NCBI GenBank assembly: GCA_030295235.1
Contig: AP026132.1
Location: 1,054,001-1,118,000, forward strand
Direction: 5' to 3'
DNA length: 64,000 bases
Source: Fistulifera solaris
Lineage: Eukaryota
Part shown: piece by piece, positions 12,169-24,354 of the stretch
Numbering within the stretch: position 1 is the stretch's first letter
Layout of the letters: every line of letters begins with the position of its first letter
Made by a program: the position numbers and the translations under genes
The notes under the pieces: generated by a model
Database searches by the model: none
Told to the model about the DNA's origin: nothing
Seen by the model: only the letters and a program-made list of their open reading frames with translations

Positions 12169-13311
12169 ATGAAATCTTATCAACTCAATCAAATCATGCT
12201 GCTCTGGGGGATAGCGCCGGTCGTAGGACTTTCCAGCTCAACGACCACGTGTCCTGGTTCTTCTTTAACTCATTTGAACGTTTCGCTGCTCCGCGAGCGC
12301 ATTGCCGAGGGTCGCGTCTATCAACAACCGAATTTCTTTTCCCAACAACAAATCGATGATATACTAGCAGAAATAGTTCAACTGAAGCAAGACGGTGTGT
12401 TTGCGCCTTCGGGGTTGTCCAATACCGCCCGTGGCGCGCAGCAGGCGTTCGGCAGTCAAGATCGCAGCGTCTGTGTGGTGCCGTGGTGGAGCGAGATGTT
12501 GCTGCAAAACAACAACACGGTAAGTCCGGTATCCATGCTACTTCAGCAACTACGATTGCAGTTGGCAGATGTCCTGGATCGGCCCACCATGAGTGACCCG
12601 ACCTTGGCGCACGAATGCTATTATTCCTGGTCGGGGAAGGGATCGTTTTTGCCGCGGCACATGGATGAACGACACGAAGAACTCAAAGGACCCAAGGGAT
12701 GGTTGTTACCGAGTCGGAGGTCTTTGTCATGGTTGGTCTATCTTTCAGATGAAAACTGGACTTTGGAAAAAAATGGAGGAGCCTTGCGATCTTTCCCGCA
12801 ACAGACGCCACCCCAACAACCTGCGCAACACGATGGCAATTTACAAGTGGGCTGGCTGTTACGACAACGAAAAGCCGTCTACCTGAACAGTTGGTTTCTA
12901 TTATCAGGATCCAATGAACCGCATTGTATTCTATACACTGTAGAAGGAAATGAATTACGCTATTTGACAAGACCTTGGTTGGCCGAGTCGCTGCAAGGAA
13001 CATCGGTTGCTGAATTTCTAAATCGCATGAGGGACCAAGACTCCTCCGGATTACAGACACTGTTTTTGGATCCAGACGATGCACGGGACTTTGCTTTATT
13101 GGAAAATCGATCCGCGTGGGATCGAGGAGAGCTTCCGGAAGGTTCTATCATCGAAGACATTTGCCCGACGCGAGGATTTTTAGTGGTATTTGACTCCGTG
13201 ATGTTGCCGCATCAAGTAGAAGTAATTAAGGAAGGGAACCGAATTGCGCTGGCGGGTTGGTTTCACGAACAAACACAGGAGTTCCCTGTCGACTTGTTTG
13301 CACAAACATAA
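12169..13311 (+). CDS. 2OG-Fe(II) oxygenase (prolyl-hydroxylase-like) with N-terminal targeting peptide
   Basis: 380-aa ORF with RHMD, YLS...GGALR, HQV and RIALAGWFH motifs. Confidence 0.8.
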   Translation: MKSYQLNQIMLLWGIAPVVGLSSSTTTCPGSSLTHLNVSLLRERIAEGRVYQQPNFFSQQQIDDILAEIVQLKQDGVFAPSGLSNTARGAQQAFGSQDRSVCVVPWWSEMLLQNNNTVSPVSMLLQQLRLQLADVLDRPTMSDPTLAHECYYSWSGKGSFLPRHMDERHEELKGPKGWLLPSRRSLSWLVYLSDENWTLEKNGGALRSFPQQTPPQQPAQHDGNLQVGWLLRQRKAVYLNSWFLLSGSNEPHCILYTVEGNELRYLTRPWLAESLQGTSVAEFLNRMRDQDSSGLQTLFLDPDDARDFALLENRSAWDRGELPEGSIIEDICPTRGFLVVFDSVMLPHQVEVIKEGNRIALAGWFHEQTQEFPVDLFAQT

Positions 13312-13412
13312 ACAGTTATTATTATCCCTACAAAAATAGAATAGCCCATGAAAATTACCGCAAATGAAGATGTCTACGAGGTACACAACAGAAGACGATC
13401 TTGCTCTCATTT

Positions 13413-16096
13413 TCAGACCGCGCACCTTGTTATGCTTTCTTCCATTTTCTTCAGTCGTTGTGTAAGGTTTTCAACTTCTGTTCTTAGGGAAGCATTTCGG
13501 TCTTTTAACACTTGTGCCGATTTGGATGAAGACTTGTCTGTAAGAATCGAATCAAGCCGTTCATGCAGCGACCTTCTCTCTTTCTGAATTTCTCGAATGC
13601 TATCTCGAAGCCTTGTGTTTTCTTGTTTCAAAGGATCTACATCTGTCACAGGACTCTGGATACTTCGTTTTAATTCCTGCAGTTCGTCTTCGAGCTCACT
13701 GATACGATCTCTTTGCATCAAGATAGCTTCCTCTTCGCGTAACTTCTCCTCTAGTTTCATTTTGAGCGAATTGATTTCATGCTGCTGGGCTGAGGCTCGG
13801 GCAGATGTGTCCATCAGTTGGTCTTTCAAAGCTTCTATTTCATTCTTGGAAGAAACAGAAATGCCGTTTAATTGACAAGAGAGTTCGACACGCTCGTTTT
13901 CTAAACGTTGAACATCTATTTTTTGAGCCTCAATCGTATTTCGAAGCTCGACGATCTGCTTTTTCTTTTTCCTCTAACTCCGCTTCGGCTGCTGATTCTA
14001 TGACTTCCACCTCGCTTTCCAATTGTTGCATTCGACTTGATGCTTGAGCCTCAATTTGCGCTTTTTCCGAGGAAAGCTCCGAAACTAGTTTTCTGAGTTC
14101 CCTTATTTGCGTTGCGTCGCTAGTCGACGACGTAGCAAGAGCTTGCTTCAAGTCCGTGATCAAATTTTCCAGCTGATCGATTTTTGTAAGCGCATCATGT
14201 AACCCGGGCTGCATTATTTTGACCTGTTCTCGGAGTCTCATGAGTTCCTCTTCGTTATCTTCATTCTGCTGAAGGCGCGCATGCTGTGTAGCAAGATGTC
14301 CCCTAAGCTGCTCGATTTCTTTCCTCGAGTCCGCGTCGCGTTTATCCGATTCCTGTATACTTTGAAACAGTTTATTGTTCAATTTATCACGTTCATGCTC
14401 TAAATCTCTGACCCGCAACCTTAGCTGAGATGATTCTAACTTCAAATTCCCAAGCTGTTCGGACTTTGTGCGCTCGGTCTGACTATTCAACGGCTTTGCA
14501 CCTTCAAGATCCTTGCATCTCGATTGCAGGTTTTCAATTTCATTCATGAGCTCCTGTGTTTTTTTGCCTGTAGTCAGCTCGTGTCGATAATAGCTCGTCT
14601 GTGATCTCTTCCAGTTCTCGTCGCAGGTCATCGACCTGTTTAGTTTCGCCTCCTAATTGCTGCTGTAAATCGGACACCAAATGTCGATGTGCTATCAACT
14701 CCTGCTCCAAGTCCGAAATGTTGCGATGAATTAAAGGCTGATCAACTGGAATCTTGAGCGTCTTTCGTGTGTCATCTTCGCACTGATGGTTATTCTCTAA
14801 TCTGATATTAGATGGTGACTTTGGAGCAACGATTCGTCGCTCGAATGTTGCAACCAACCCGGATATGGCTCCTTTTCCTTTGGGTGATATTGACCTTGGA
14901 GGTGAGAGACTGCGAATTTTCGGTTCTGGACTTTTGACAGTAGTCGAACGTGGTTGACCATTGCTTCGTAACGCTTTGATCTCATCTTGCAGAGCTTTGT
15001 TCTCATTTTGAAGCAGCTTCAGTTCTTCTCCGTACTTTTGCTTGTTTTGAGTGAGCCTCTCTTCAAGAGAATTGTCGCGTTGTTTTGAATTACTTTCTTT
15101 GTTCAATTTTCGGAGCTCTTCGTTTGCTTTTCTTTCGTCTGACAGCGAACGATGTAAATGCTCAATCTTTTGATCTCTTTCCGCTAACAATCGCTGAAGT
15201 CGCTCTTCCAGTTGCGCGACGGCATCTTCCAATTGTTGGCGCTCATCTGATGGTAATTCTGACTTCCCTTCTCTCGTTTCGTTAAAGTTAACCGAACCGC
15301 CTTTTTGCAGTTGTTTTCGGAGGTCGCTTACTTGATTTAGGAGCATGTCCTTGTGCTCTTCCACTTTCTTCAGATCGCCATTCAGTACTGTCAGCTCCTC
15401 GTCCTTCCTCTTAACTTCTCTTTGTAACTCGTCAATCGTTTGCTTTTGATGCGTCACTTGTTGTTCTGATCTTTCTAACTTTGATTTCAATACAGCTAGC
15501 TGGCCGGATGGTTGTTCTTTCCGGCGGTCCGATCTGAGTTGAATGAGCTCATGTTGCAATGACTCCTTTTCTACCTCGGTTTCAACAAGCTTTTCGTGCA
15601 AAGCATCCATTTCACGTCGAACTTCCATTACTTCGATGTCTGCTTGAACTATGTTTTGTTGCATCTTCTCCAGTTCCAGAGCGTGTTGTTTGCATTCTTC
15701 CTCCAGCAGCTCCATGTAATCTTTGGATTTATCCTGATCCTCCAGCTCGGAAATTTTCGCATGCAATTCATGATTCTGTTCCTCGCTTTCTTTCAGTTTG
15801 ATTCGGAGTGCCTCGAGAGCAGCGCCATTCTCGGCTGCTATACTCGCAATTTGGTTCATGAACTGCTTCTCTTGGTCAGCTTTCTCTTGCTCAATCCGAT
15901 ACAATTCCTTGCGCATGATACTTGCTGCCGCATCTATGTCAAAAACACTGGAAACAGTGCTTCGATTATCGTCTTCGAGTTCTTTCAACTTGTTTCGTAG
16001 CATCGATATTTCGTTCAACAAAGTGCTGGTCGAATAGGCCATTGGTTTCGCTGGTTCGACGGCGATTGTCGGCACATCTTCACGCTTTTCATTCAT
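13413..16096 (-). CDS. Long coiled-coil protein of unknown function
   Basis: ORFs 14540-16096, 13930-14631 and 13413-13829 are all E/K/Q/L-rich heptad sequence joined across frame breaks. The true start may be further upstream. Confidence 0.7.
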
Positions 16097-16464
16097 CCTT
16101 GCGTCTGAGGTATCGGAAATTGAAATTTATTGACTTTGAATTCAGCAAACGCAAGGCAAACTCTTCCGCACCTCGTTCTCTCACAAGTCGAAGTTTGTTG
16201 TCGATGTTGTGATCGAAAAGGTGATCGACGCAAATGTCCGATGCGGTTAAACGGCGAATTTCTGCCATTCTACCTGGCAATACATTTATTCAGCTCTGTA
16301 TATTTTATCAAAGTGCCTACTGTTAATCGATCCAGCCAGTCTCTAAGTAATCAAGACATATCGGTTCGAACCTGTTTGTTTCTTAATGGTTTGTCATTAA
16401 CCGCTACTCAAAACTATTGTAAAGTGTTTAGTTGGCCCGCGTTTCTTCATGTCTTAACGGGATC

Positions 16465-17470
16465 AACCGAACAACAAAGGGATCCGTTTTGCCAAAGTTG
16501 CTCTTTAGTTTTGCGTCTCTCGCCTCTCGCGGGCTCGTCCATTTGTACTAAAGTCTCTCGCGTCCGTCCATTGTTATTCAATTGCGAGTAGAAAAGTCGC
16601 AACAATGATTATCCTGAACTATTTCTTAAGAGTTTCTTTCTATTTTCACGTCGAAAATCCGAAGGATCGACACCCTGTATTTTTTACTATGAAACGGAGT
16701 GTTTGTTTACGCCAGCCAAGACTGGATTGTACAGTAGTCATGAACCGAACAACAAAGGGTTCAGTTTTGCGTCTCTCGCATCCGTTTATTGTCATTCAAC
16801 TGCGAATATAATTATAATTACAGGTAAATTTAGTCGCAAGCATGATGATTAATTGGAACTATTTGCTAAGAATTTCTTTAATTTTCACGTCGAAAATCTG
16901 AGGATCGACACCTTGAATTTCCACTATGAAACGGAGTGTTGGTTTACGCCAGCCAAGACTGGATTGTACAGTAGTCATGAACCGAACAACAAAGGGTTCA
17001 GTTTTGCGTCTCTCGCATCCGTTTATTGTCATTCAACTGCGAATATAATTATAATTACAGGTAAATTTAGTCGCAAGCATGATGATTAATTGGAACTATT
17101 TGCTAAGAATTTCTTTAATTTTCACGTCGAAAATCCGAAGGATCGACACCCTGTATTTTTACTATGAAACGGAGTATTGGTTTACGCCAGCCAAGACTGG
17201 ATTGTACAGTAGTCATGAACCGAACAACAAAGGGTTCAGTTTTGCGTCTCTCGCATCCGTTTATTGTCATTCAACTGCGAATATAATTCTTATTACGGGT
17301 AGAAAAGGCGCAACAATGATTATCCTGAACTATTTGTTAAGAGTTTCTTTTATTTTCACGTCGAAAATCCGAGGATCGACACCTTGATTTTCCACTATGG
17401 AACGGAGTGTTGGTTTACGCCAGCCATGACTGGATTGTACAGTAGTCATGAACCGAACAACAAAGGGTCC
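16465..17470. repeat. Tandem array of ~237-bp units (about 4 copies), unrelated to the palindrome family
   Basis: CACGTCGAAAATC at 16647, 16886, 17123 and 17357. ACCGAACAACAAAGGG recurs from ~16466 to ~17467. Confidence 0.95.
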
Positions 17471-17538
17471 ATGCTCGTCCCTCCGCAAAAAGTGGGCCAC
17501 CGCATTTTTGTTTAACACACTCTATAAAGCAATTCACC

Positions 17539-18351
17539 ATGGCTGACCTTTACAATCTCCTCGATGAACTCGATCATGACGAGCAGAAGGAAGAAATTAT
17601 TCAAGACGAACAAGAATGGGAAGCGCCTGTCGAAACTGCGGTGCTCCCGGCGGATTTATTAGATGCACAGAAGAGGCAACTCGCTGACAATGACAGAAAT
17701 GAAGACGCGGAAAAGGTCCTGGAGGAAGATACACCCTACTCACGTTTACGGAATGTTTGGTCGCAAGAACTCAATTCACCCGAGCTACTTCCTTTTGATG
17801 AGGATATCTTTCAAGCGATCACTGAGTTGATCGAAGAGTGGGAAGAAGCTGTCGACCAATGCGAGGACGATCCTGTTTCAGCATTGATGGCTAGTATAAC
17901 GAGCGTACAAATCGAACGAGCCAAACATGTTCTGTGTGACTGGCTAGCGACGCGCCTCAGAAAAATAGAGGAGTATCCTTTTATATTCGCGACAACAAGG
18001 CTGATTGCCTGAGTCAAACGGAGGTACGAACAAAAACTATTCTTTCTTTCTTAACTCTCTTTCCTCCTGTCGCTCACATCTCTCTGCTTGCAGCTATCTC
18101 ACATTCAAGCATACTGCAACTTAGTTGAGAAACATTTGAATCGAACTGTTCTGGACCATTTTCCTCAGGAGGCATGGAAAGAACTTCCGGTTGAAACGCC
18201 TAGTTTCGATTACACGTACGTGTTTGTCAAATGCCTAGCACCGACGACTATTGATAAGGATCAACTAGAACGCGGAGATTCACTGATTGTTCATTATAGC
18301 AAAGTTCGAGACTCGCTTCGGGATGGAAATTTGAAGATACTGGCATCGTGA
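17539..18351 (+). CDS. SLD5: GINS complex subunit SLD5 (GINS4)
   Basis: WSQELNSPELLPF and IERAKHVLCDWLATRLRKIEEYP, plus C-terminal YVFVKC...GDSLIVHYSKVRDSL. Probable intron ~18023-18093. Frame break near 17980. Confidence 0.85.
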
Positions 18352-18581
18352 GATTTAGCGACGAAAGGAAGCGATGCTTAAATTTTATAAACTGTTGCAA
18401 GGCAAATTATCCATGAACGGTTTATCAGTCGGTGCATTTGCCTTTATTAGTAATCGCTAGAACTGGTTTATCACAAACATTAGCTTGTCGCTTTAGTTTA
18501 CGTGATAAGAAGTGACAATGAACCCGAGTAAAAATTATCTTTAGGCTGAAATTACTTCACGCATTGCAAGTGCTTCCAAAC

Positions 18582-19481
18582 TCACTTCACACCTTCTGTA
18601 TACTCTTGCATCAAGGACTGCACAGATGCGAGCATACTCGTTCCCTTATAAGCTTGAATGGCTTGTTCCGCACCAAACTTGACCAATTCTTTTGCCACCT
18701 GCACTTCAAAGTCGTCCACTAATTGCTTTTTGCTGGCGTTACTAGCAGCCTCCACATAAGCGTTCGCCGCGACCACCAAACCAAATTGCGCTCTCCGATA
18801 CGAAGCATCTAACTCGAGCGCTTGACAAAAGTGTTTCCGGGCCTGTTCCAAATTATCGAGACCGCCCACTGTAGTGTAACATTCGGCTATAGAAACATGG
18901 ACAAAAGGATCAGTGGGCGCCGACAACAAAACTTCTTCCCAGGCATAGATAGCCTTGGCGAAATCACCTTGCTCCATGCGGAGCTTGGCCATTTCCGACC
19001 AAGCGGCCGGATCCGAATAATTGTTTTGTAAATACTCATTCAGAGCAGCAACGGTCGCAATTTCCTGCCCGACTTGACTCTTCAGTATGCAGTACTTGCG
19101 CTTCAAAGCGACCGAGTTTGCTGGGTTTTCTTTTAATAAGGTATCATATAGTTGAGAAGCCCCCGTTGTATCACCAGATGCTTCCAGGCATCGCCCTAAC
19201 AACAGACGGAAGCGCACGGATTCTTTCTCAACTCCCATTTCTCTCAGTTTCGACAAACATTCATCCGCAAGCGTATGATCCTGGAGATCCAGAGCAGCCA
19301 GAGCGACTTGCTCGTAAATTGCTAGTCGCGTGACATCACTGAGCGATCGTTGCTTCAGCGCGGCTTGTCCGTGATGGACGGCCAGCGACGGATCGCGCAA
19401 TTGATGTACGCGAAGGTAGCGAAGGACGTTCACGTGGTCCTTCTGTGCCACCAGCGTTTCTAAATCAGCATCCGTGTCCAT
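18582..19481 (-). CDS. EMC2: ER membrane complex subunit 2 (TPR protein, TTC35)
   Basis: IYEQVALAALD, LEASG...YDTLLKENPAN...KRK, LNEYL...DPAAWSEMA, WEEVLL and ARKHFCQAL fit the EMC2 pattern. Confidence 0.9.
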   Translation of the reverse strand: MDTDADLETLVAQKDHVNVLRYLRVHQLRDPSLAVHHGQAALKQRSLSDVTRLAIYEQVALAALDLQDHTLADECLSKLREMGVEKESVRFRLLLGRCLEASGDTTGASQLYDTLLKENPANSVALKRKYCILKSQVGQEIATVAALNEYLQNNYSDPAAWSEMAKLRMEQGDFAKAIYAWEEVLLSAPTDPFVHVSIAECYTTVGGLDNLEQARKHFCQALELDASYRRAQFGLVVAANAYVEAASNASKKQLVDDFEVQVAKELVKFGAEQAIQAYKGTSMLASVQSLMQEYTEGVK

Positions 19482-20121
19482 AATTACGGTTACTTTTGTA
19501 AAGAATGGATTGCTTTTCCTGCTTTAATGCGAGCTCAAGATCGTCTTGCGATCGAAAACAAAAACGTCGCGTCTTTTTGTCGCGATCGATCGCATCGTTG
19601 GTTGTTGCTCCGGATGTTGGCCAGACGGAAGTCTCATCTTTCCGTTCGGGATTGGTTTTGGGTTAAGTCGGACCTCCTAGAACCAACACTTTACGTGATA
19701 GTAAATAACAACCTACATATTATATCTATAGTGCTTTTAGCAAACCCTTCTGTCAGATTTTTTCTAAATAATGCTGTCGACTGTCGATGCACTTTACTCG
19801 ACCAGCATTAGCACAAAATAATCAAGAGCAATAGGTTTGATTCGATGGTAATTCAAGGTGAATTGTTGGACAAACATACCAGGTAGAATGCTTCAGAATG
19901 ATTATCAATAAATTCGTGACTGGATTTGAATTAAGTCGGACTTTGGTGAACTTTAGCTTTTAACCGGTAAGCGATAACCAATTCCTCTAGAAATCTCTTT
20001 TGCTGATAATTAATTTCCAAATAGTTTTGTCTCATGAAACTGATTGCGGGGAGGAGAACCGTGCCCTCTCGCCGGTTTCAGAACAATCTCAGCATCGACA
20101 TGTGTAAAGCCCAAAGATGTT

Positions 20122-21217
20122 TCATTGCATTTCTTCGATGAAATCGAAAGCCGTAGTAAGGGAAAGAATGTGGTTTGGAAGACCCGGATGGGATTGTTGA
20201 AAAGCTTCCCAATCTTCCAAGAACAGTTCGTAATCCAGCTGTTCGCGCTCCTCCGGGGTGAACAAGATTTTATAAGCTTCCGATAAGGAAACATGCTGAC
20301 GTCCAGCAAAGTCGTGTTCGATTTGTGACCGCCGTTGCGGGGTCAAGATCGGATCATGTACTTGATACCAGGCGTCAGTGATTCGATGAATGTGCTCATA
20401 GATTGCTTCGGGATCAAGTCGACTTGAAGGCAGCATTTGATGGTTCGAACTCTGTTTACGACAAAGAAAGACATTCACTGATTTGTGATATTGTTCATCG
20501 GGTTGAAACGTTCCCGTAGACCATACCGGCGATGGCTGACACGTCTCTTCCGAAGATGGATGTGATGGGATACTATCCATCGGTTGGTGAAAGTGATCGG
20601 TACTCATGTTTTGTGCCGCAGGACATAAATCTTCCATTTGTCGAAGCATGACAAAATGATCCACCCGCCAATCCGCACCCGGTAAATCGCGTAACAATGG
20701 CAGCATGAGCTCTTTGTTGTGAAATGAAACTACCAAGTACACTCCATTCGGTCCCAACAAGCGATACATTTCGACCAGTAGAGCGGCCGAGCTCCGATCA
20801 CTGCATAAAGTGCAGTCGAGCGTCGACTTGTCTACCACCAAATCAAAGCTTCCATTCTCCGCATCTACCTGTTCTTTGCAAAAATCGACGCATTGAAAAG
20901 CCATATTGTCGTCACATCGTGGTCCTGAACTCGGATCGGACGTTGCACATTGCCGTTCCCATCGTCGCCTCAGTTGATTTAGTAACTCCTTATCCCGATC
21001 AATATTCAGGACAGTTTGCACTCGAAATGTACGAATCAGATACTCGCCTACGGTCGAATTCCCGCATCCGACGTGCAAGACGCGTTTCGAAGAAGGTTCT
21101 TGGGCATCACCGTGCAGCGCTTTTTCTAAAAAGGGATGCAACGATTCCGCACTCGTAAGAAATTCAAAAGGCCGCACGTGGTCGTCCTCATCTTCTCCTT
21201 GCACTTCAAAAATCCAT
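20122..21217 (-). CDS. Class I SAM-dependent methyltransferase (EEF1A-KMT4/METTL13-like)
   Basis: VLHVGCGNS motif I, FDLVVDKSTLD and YRLLGPNGVYLVVSF. Likely start ATG at 21217 (MDFEVQGE) if one extra T in a T-run is an error. Confidence 0.8.
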
Positions 21218-21284
21218 AAATCAAGGTACCTTTCCGAACAAATGAAGGGCAACAATTTCGGCAGCTACGAAGCAATAAATAGAC

Positions 21285-21790
21285 CAGACCCAGATTTTTT
21301 ATTCATTTGAAAGTGAAAAAACAATTGGTCCAGAATTTCTGGACCGCATGAGTAAACACCACACTCCCAGATTTCCTGGGAACGTGAGATACAACTGATC
21401 CAGATTTTCTGGACCACGTGTTAACACCACACTCCCAGCTTTCCTGGGAACGTTTCTGGACCACGTGTTAACGCCACACTCCCAGATTTCCTGGGAACAT
21501 GAGATTCAACTGGTCCAGATTTTCTGGACCACGTCTTAACTCTCTCCCACACGCCCTCATTTTCTGGAGACGTGAAAAATCACTCGCTCACATTTTCTGG
21601 ACACGTGAAATGACCACTCCCCCCACATTTTTTGGATACGTGAAAAACCACTCGCTCACAATTTCTGGACAAGTGCAAATACTCCATACCCACATTTTCT
21701 GAACACGTGAAAATACTCCATGCCCACATGCCCACATTTTCTGAAGACGTCAAAATAGTGCTCTCCCATATTTTCTGGACAAGTGAAAAT
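21285..21790. repeat. Degenerate array of the CCAGA-WWW-TCTGG palindrome family
   Basis: GGTCCAGAATTTCTGGACC at ~21327, then repeated ACACCACACTCCCAGATTTCCTGGGAAC and CACATTTTCTGGACACGTGAAA units. Confidence 0.85.
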
Positions 21791-22475
21791 AGGTGAAAAA
21801 CTACATGCCTTCCGCATTTCTGTGCACTTCACAGCTTTAAAAAAAAACGAATTAACGTTGTCCATGGGAATGTTAATTAGGTGATTGCTTATGCTTTTTT
21901 GTTTATCGCAAGACTGCTAAAAATTCTAAGCCATCAACTCGACGGATAAAACTAGAAATCAACTTCGAATCCCGAATTCACGATAGCTGTTCTACATATA
22001 TTGGGTCTGGACCCACAATAACGCAACTTAGTTTATGTTTCAAGTTTTTCCTTGTTTATTTCAAACTATTATGCCACTGCTTGAATCTTAGCAGCAAAGG
22101 GAGGCACATAATTTATTCAAACATGGAGGCGAAAGCAAGGAACGAGGGATGGCTGGGAAGAGGAACTGAAGCCCTCTTTAACCTTCCAAACAAGCCAAAA
22201 TGGACCAAGTCGTCGAGTGACACGGAATGCAGCGCATTGTCTAATCGCATGCACAACGAATGGCTAGTTGGTCCTGAGGCGTCAACCAATGCGAAACATC
22301 ATGGAGAAAACGCATTCCTTCGAGTCTGCGGAAAGCCAACGAAAGAACCCATCAAAATTGAAGGATACAACTCTAGTATCAAGAATAACCCATTCTTGAA
22401 AGGAGAAAAGCGAAACCCTACTCATTAGTCGACCATAACTATAGATGTGACATATACCCGTATACCTCGACTTTA

Positions 22476-23550
22476 TTAAACTTCGGCGAATTGACCGCGT
22501 TCGTAGAAAGAAGAGGATGTAGGCTGTTCCAGAGATACATGGTGAGATAAGCGCAAAAGTAGATTGACAGGATCAACATCCGGAACGACATGAATGACAT
22601 CCAATTTCTCATCGTTTGAGCGACGCGTCGAGGGTAGAGAGTGTAGTTCTGATTCGTTTGGCGTCACATGATTGATGTCGGGAGATGAAACACTTCGAAC
22701 CGAAGAACTGACGCTCGAGTCTTGGGGACACTCATTTAACACAGCCGACTCTGGCGTCACCGACGATCCACGGGACGACGCGAGCAGAAGATTGAGCTCA
22801 TCGATTAAAGCATAGTTCGGGTGTGATTTTGTCGCCGTCTTGATAGCAAGGGAGAGTAAAGTGTGTCCGTCTTTTGTTGTCGCGTTCAGAGCAGCTGGAT
22901 TCGCAGCCAAAAGCATTCCAAGTTTCTCTGGAGAACAGTGTCGGCTGCAAGCAACATGAGCCGGAAGATAACCTTTTCTGTCTTTCATGAAGCATGCTCT
23001 GCTACCATGCTCAATCATATATTGCGTGAGCTTGGGGGACACGTAGTCTAGAATGGAAAGTAAGAAGAAACGAACGATAGGGAGCGAACTCTCAACAAAG
23101 AGCCAACTCACCCGTAAAGATAATGTGAAGTGGCGTACGCTTTCCCGGGCCACCCTCTTTCGTCAGAGCCTCTTCGTAGGCGGCGATGAGCTTGTAAATG
23201 ATACGTTCCTTAATTGGCGCATTGATTTTCGTATTGCGCTGTGCGATCACGTGCAAAGGAAGGGAGTTGTAGCCATTCGGGAGGCGGGCCGCTTCCGGCG
23301 TACTGGCCAAGATGTTATCCATAACGAGGGCACGGTGGTGAATATTGCTTCGACTGGTGATTGCTTGATGCAAAACAGTGGTAGTGATGTTATTATCCAT
23401 GGTCATTGGGTACAAAGCGATCCATGGCTTTTTCATGAGAAGACCATTGACCTTTTCCATTGATCCGCTCGACAAAGCTGAAAGACGTGAGTCATTTCCT
23501 TCAGACTCACAAGGGGGAGGACGGGGAGCAGCGCTTTCCAAGGAACTCAT
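22476..23550 (-). CDS. Ankyrin-like repeat protein
   Basis: TVLHQAI, SLPLHVIA, RTPLHII, YLPAHVAC and TLLSLA ankyrin-like repeats. Intron ~23049-23111 joins ORFs 23092-23700 and 22476-23153. Confidence 0.7.
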
Positions 23551-24354
23551 GGCGAAAACAAGAATTTTGCAGGGAGGTGCGATTATGAAAGAAAAATTAT
23601 GGTGGTAAGGCGTAGCGTGGAGACTTTCAACGTTAGAGGTGGGCGTGAGTACTTCGGTGCTAACGGAAAAGTCCCTTCCGTGATCGATTTTCCATTTCAA
23701 GGATGTTTCATTTGTAAAGTAGGCTCATAGAAACGACTCCCGAGCGCAGAGTAACGTAACACATACAATAATCGATTCATATTGATCATTCATATGGTCA
23801 GCACCTCGGTGGGGGATAGAATACTCGTCCTCGTTGTTCAAGCATTCCGCATTGCGTGGTGGCATCCCTGCGATTGCGAGCATCCCGTGGTCCACAACAC
23901 AGGCCACCTGCTTCAATTGATTGCGCCAAGCCATGTTTGAGTGACTTGGTATGTAATAAAATATAGTAAATTTCCTTTGAAAAAGGTTATATCGGCAGTC
24001 CGCATCTATTTTATGTTTTCATAATTATTTCCGCTTTCTCCGCAGCTTCAATCCTTTCTCGTATTTGGAACGCTTTGCGACACTGCATTGTCGTTGAGAA
24101 TTAGTCGTGATCCATGTTTGTGTACCGGATAGTATTGCTTGCGTTGGAGGGAATTTTTCGAGCACGAGACTACTCTTTTGGGGACAGTCGTAACGGTTCA
24201 AGAGCAGGACGATGCGTTGACATCGATGTTTTGAAACTTCCTCCCGAAATTGATCGCGCAGCAATCATTCTTGCTAAATATTGATCACGAAAACACGCAT
24301 TCTGATTGCCTTTGACTATTCTGCTACTCTTTCTTGTCTGCAAAATAGCGAACC

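Noticed and set aside
22081..22428. 115-aa plus-strand ORF
   Set aside because: No recognisable motif; it lies just downstream of the ankyrin-like gene and cannot be supported.
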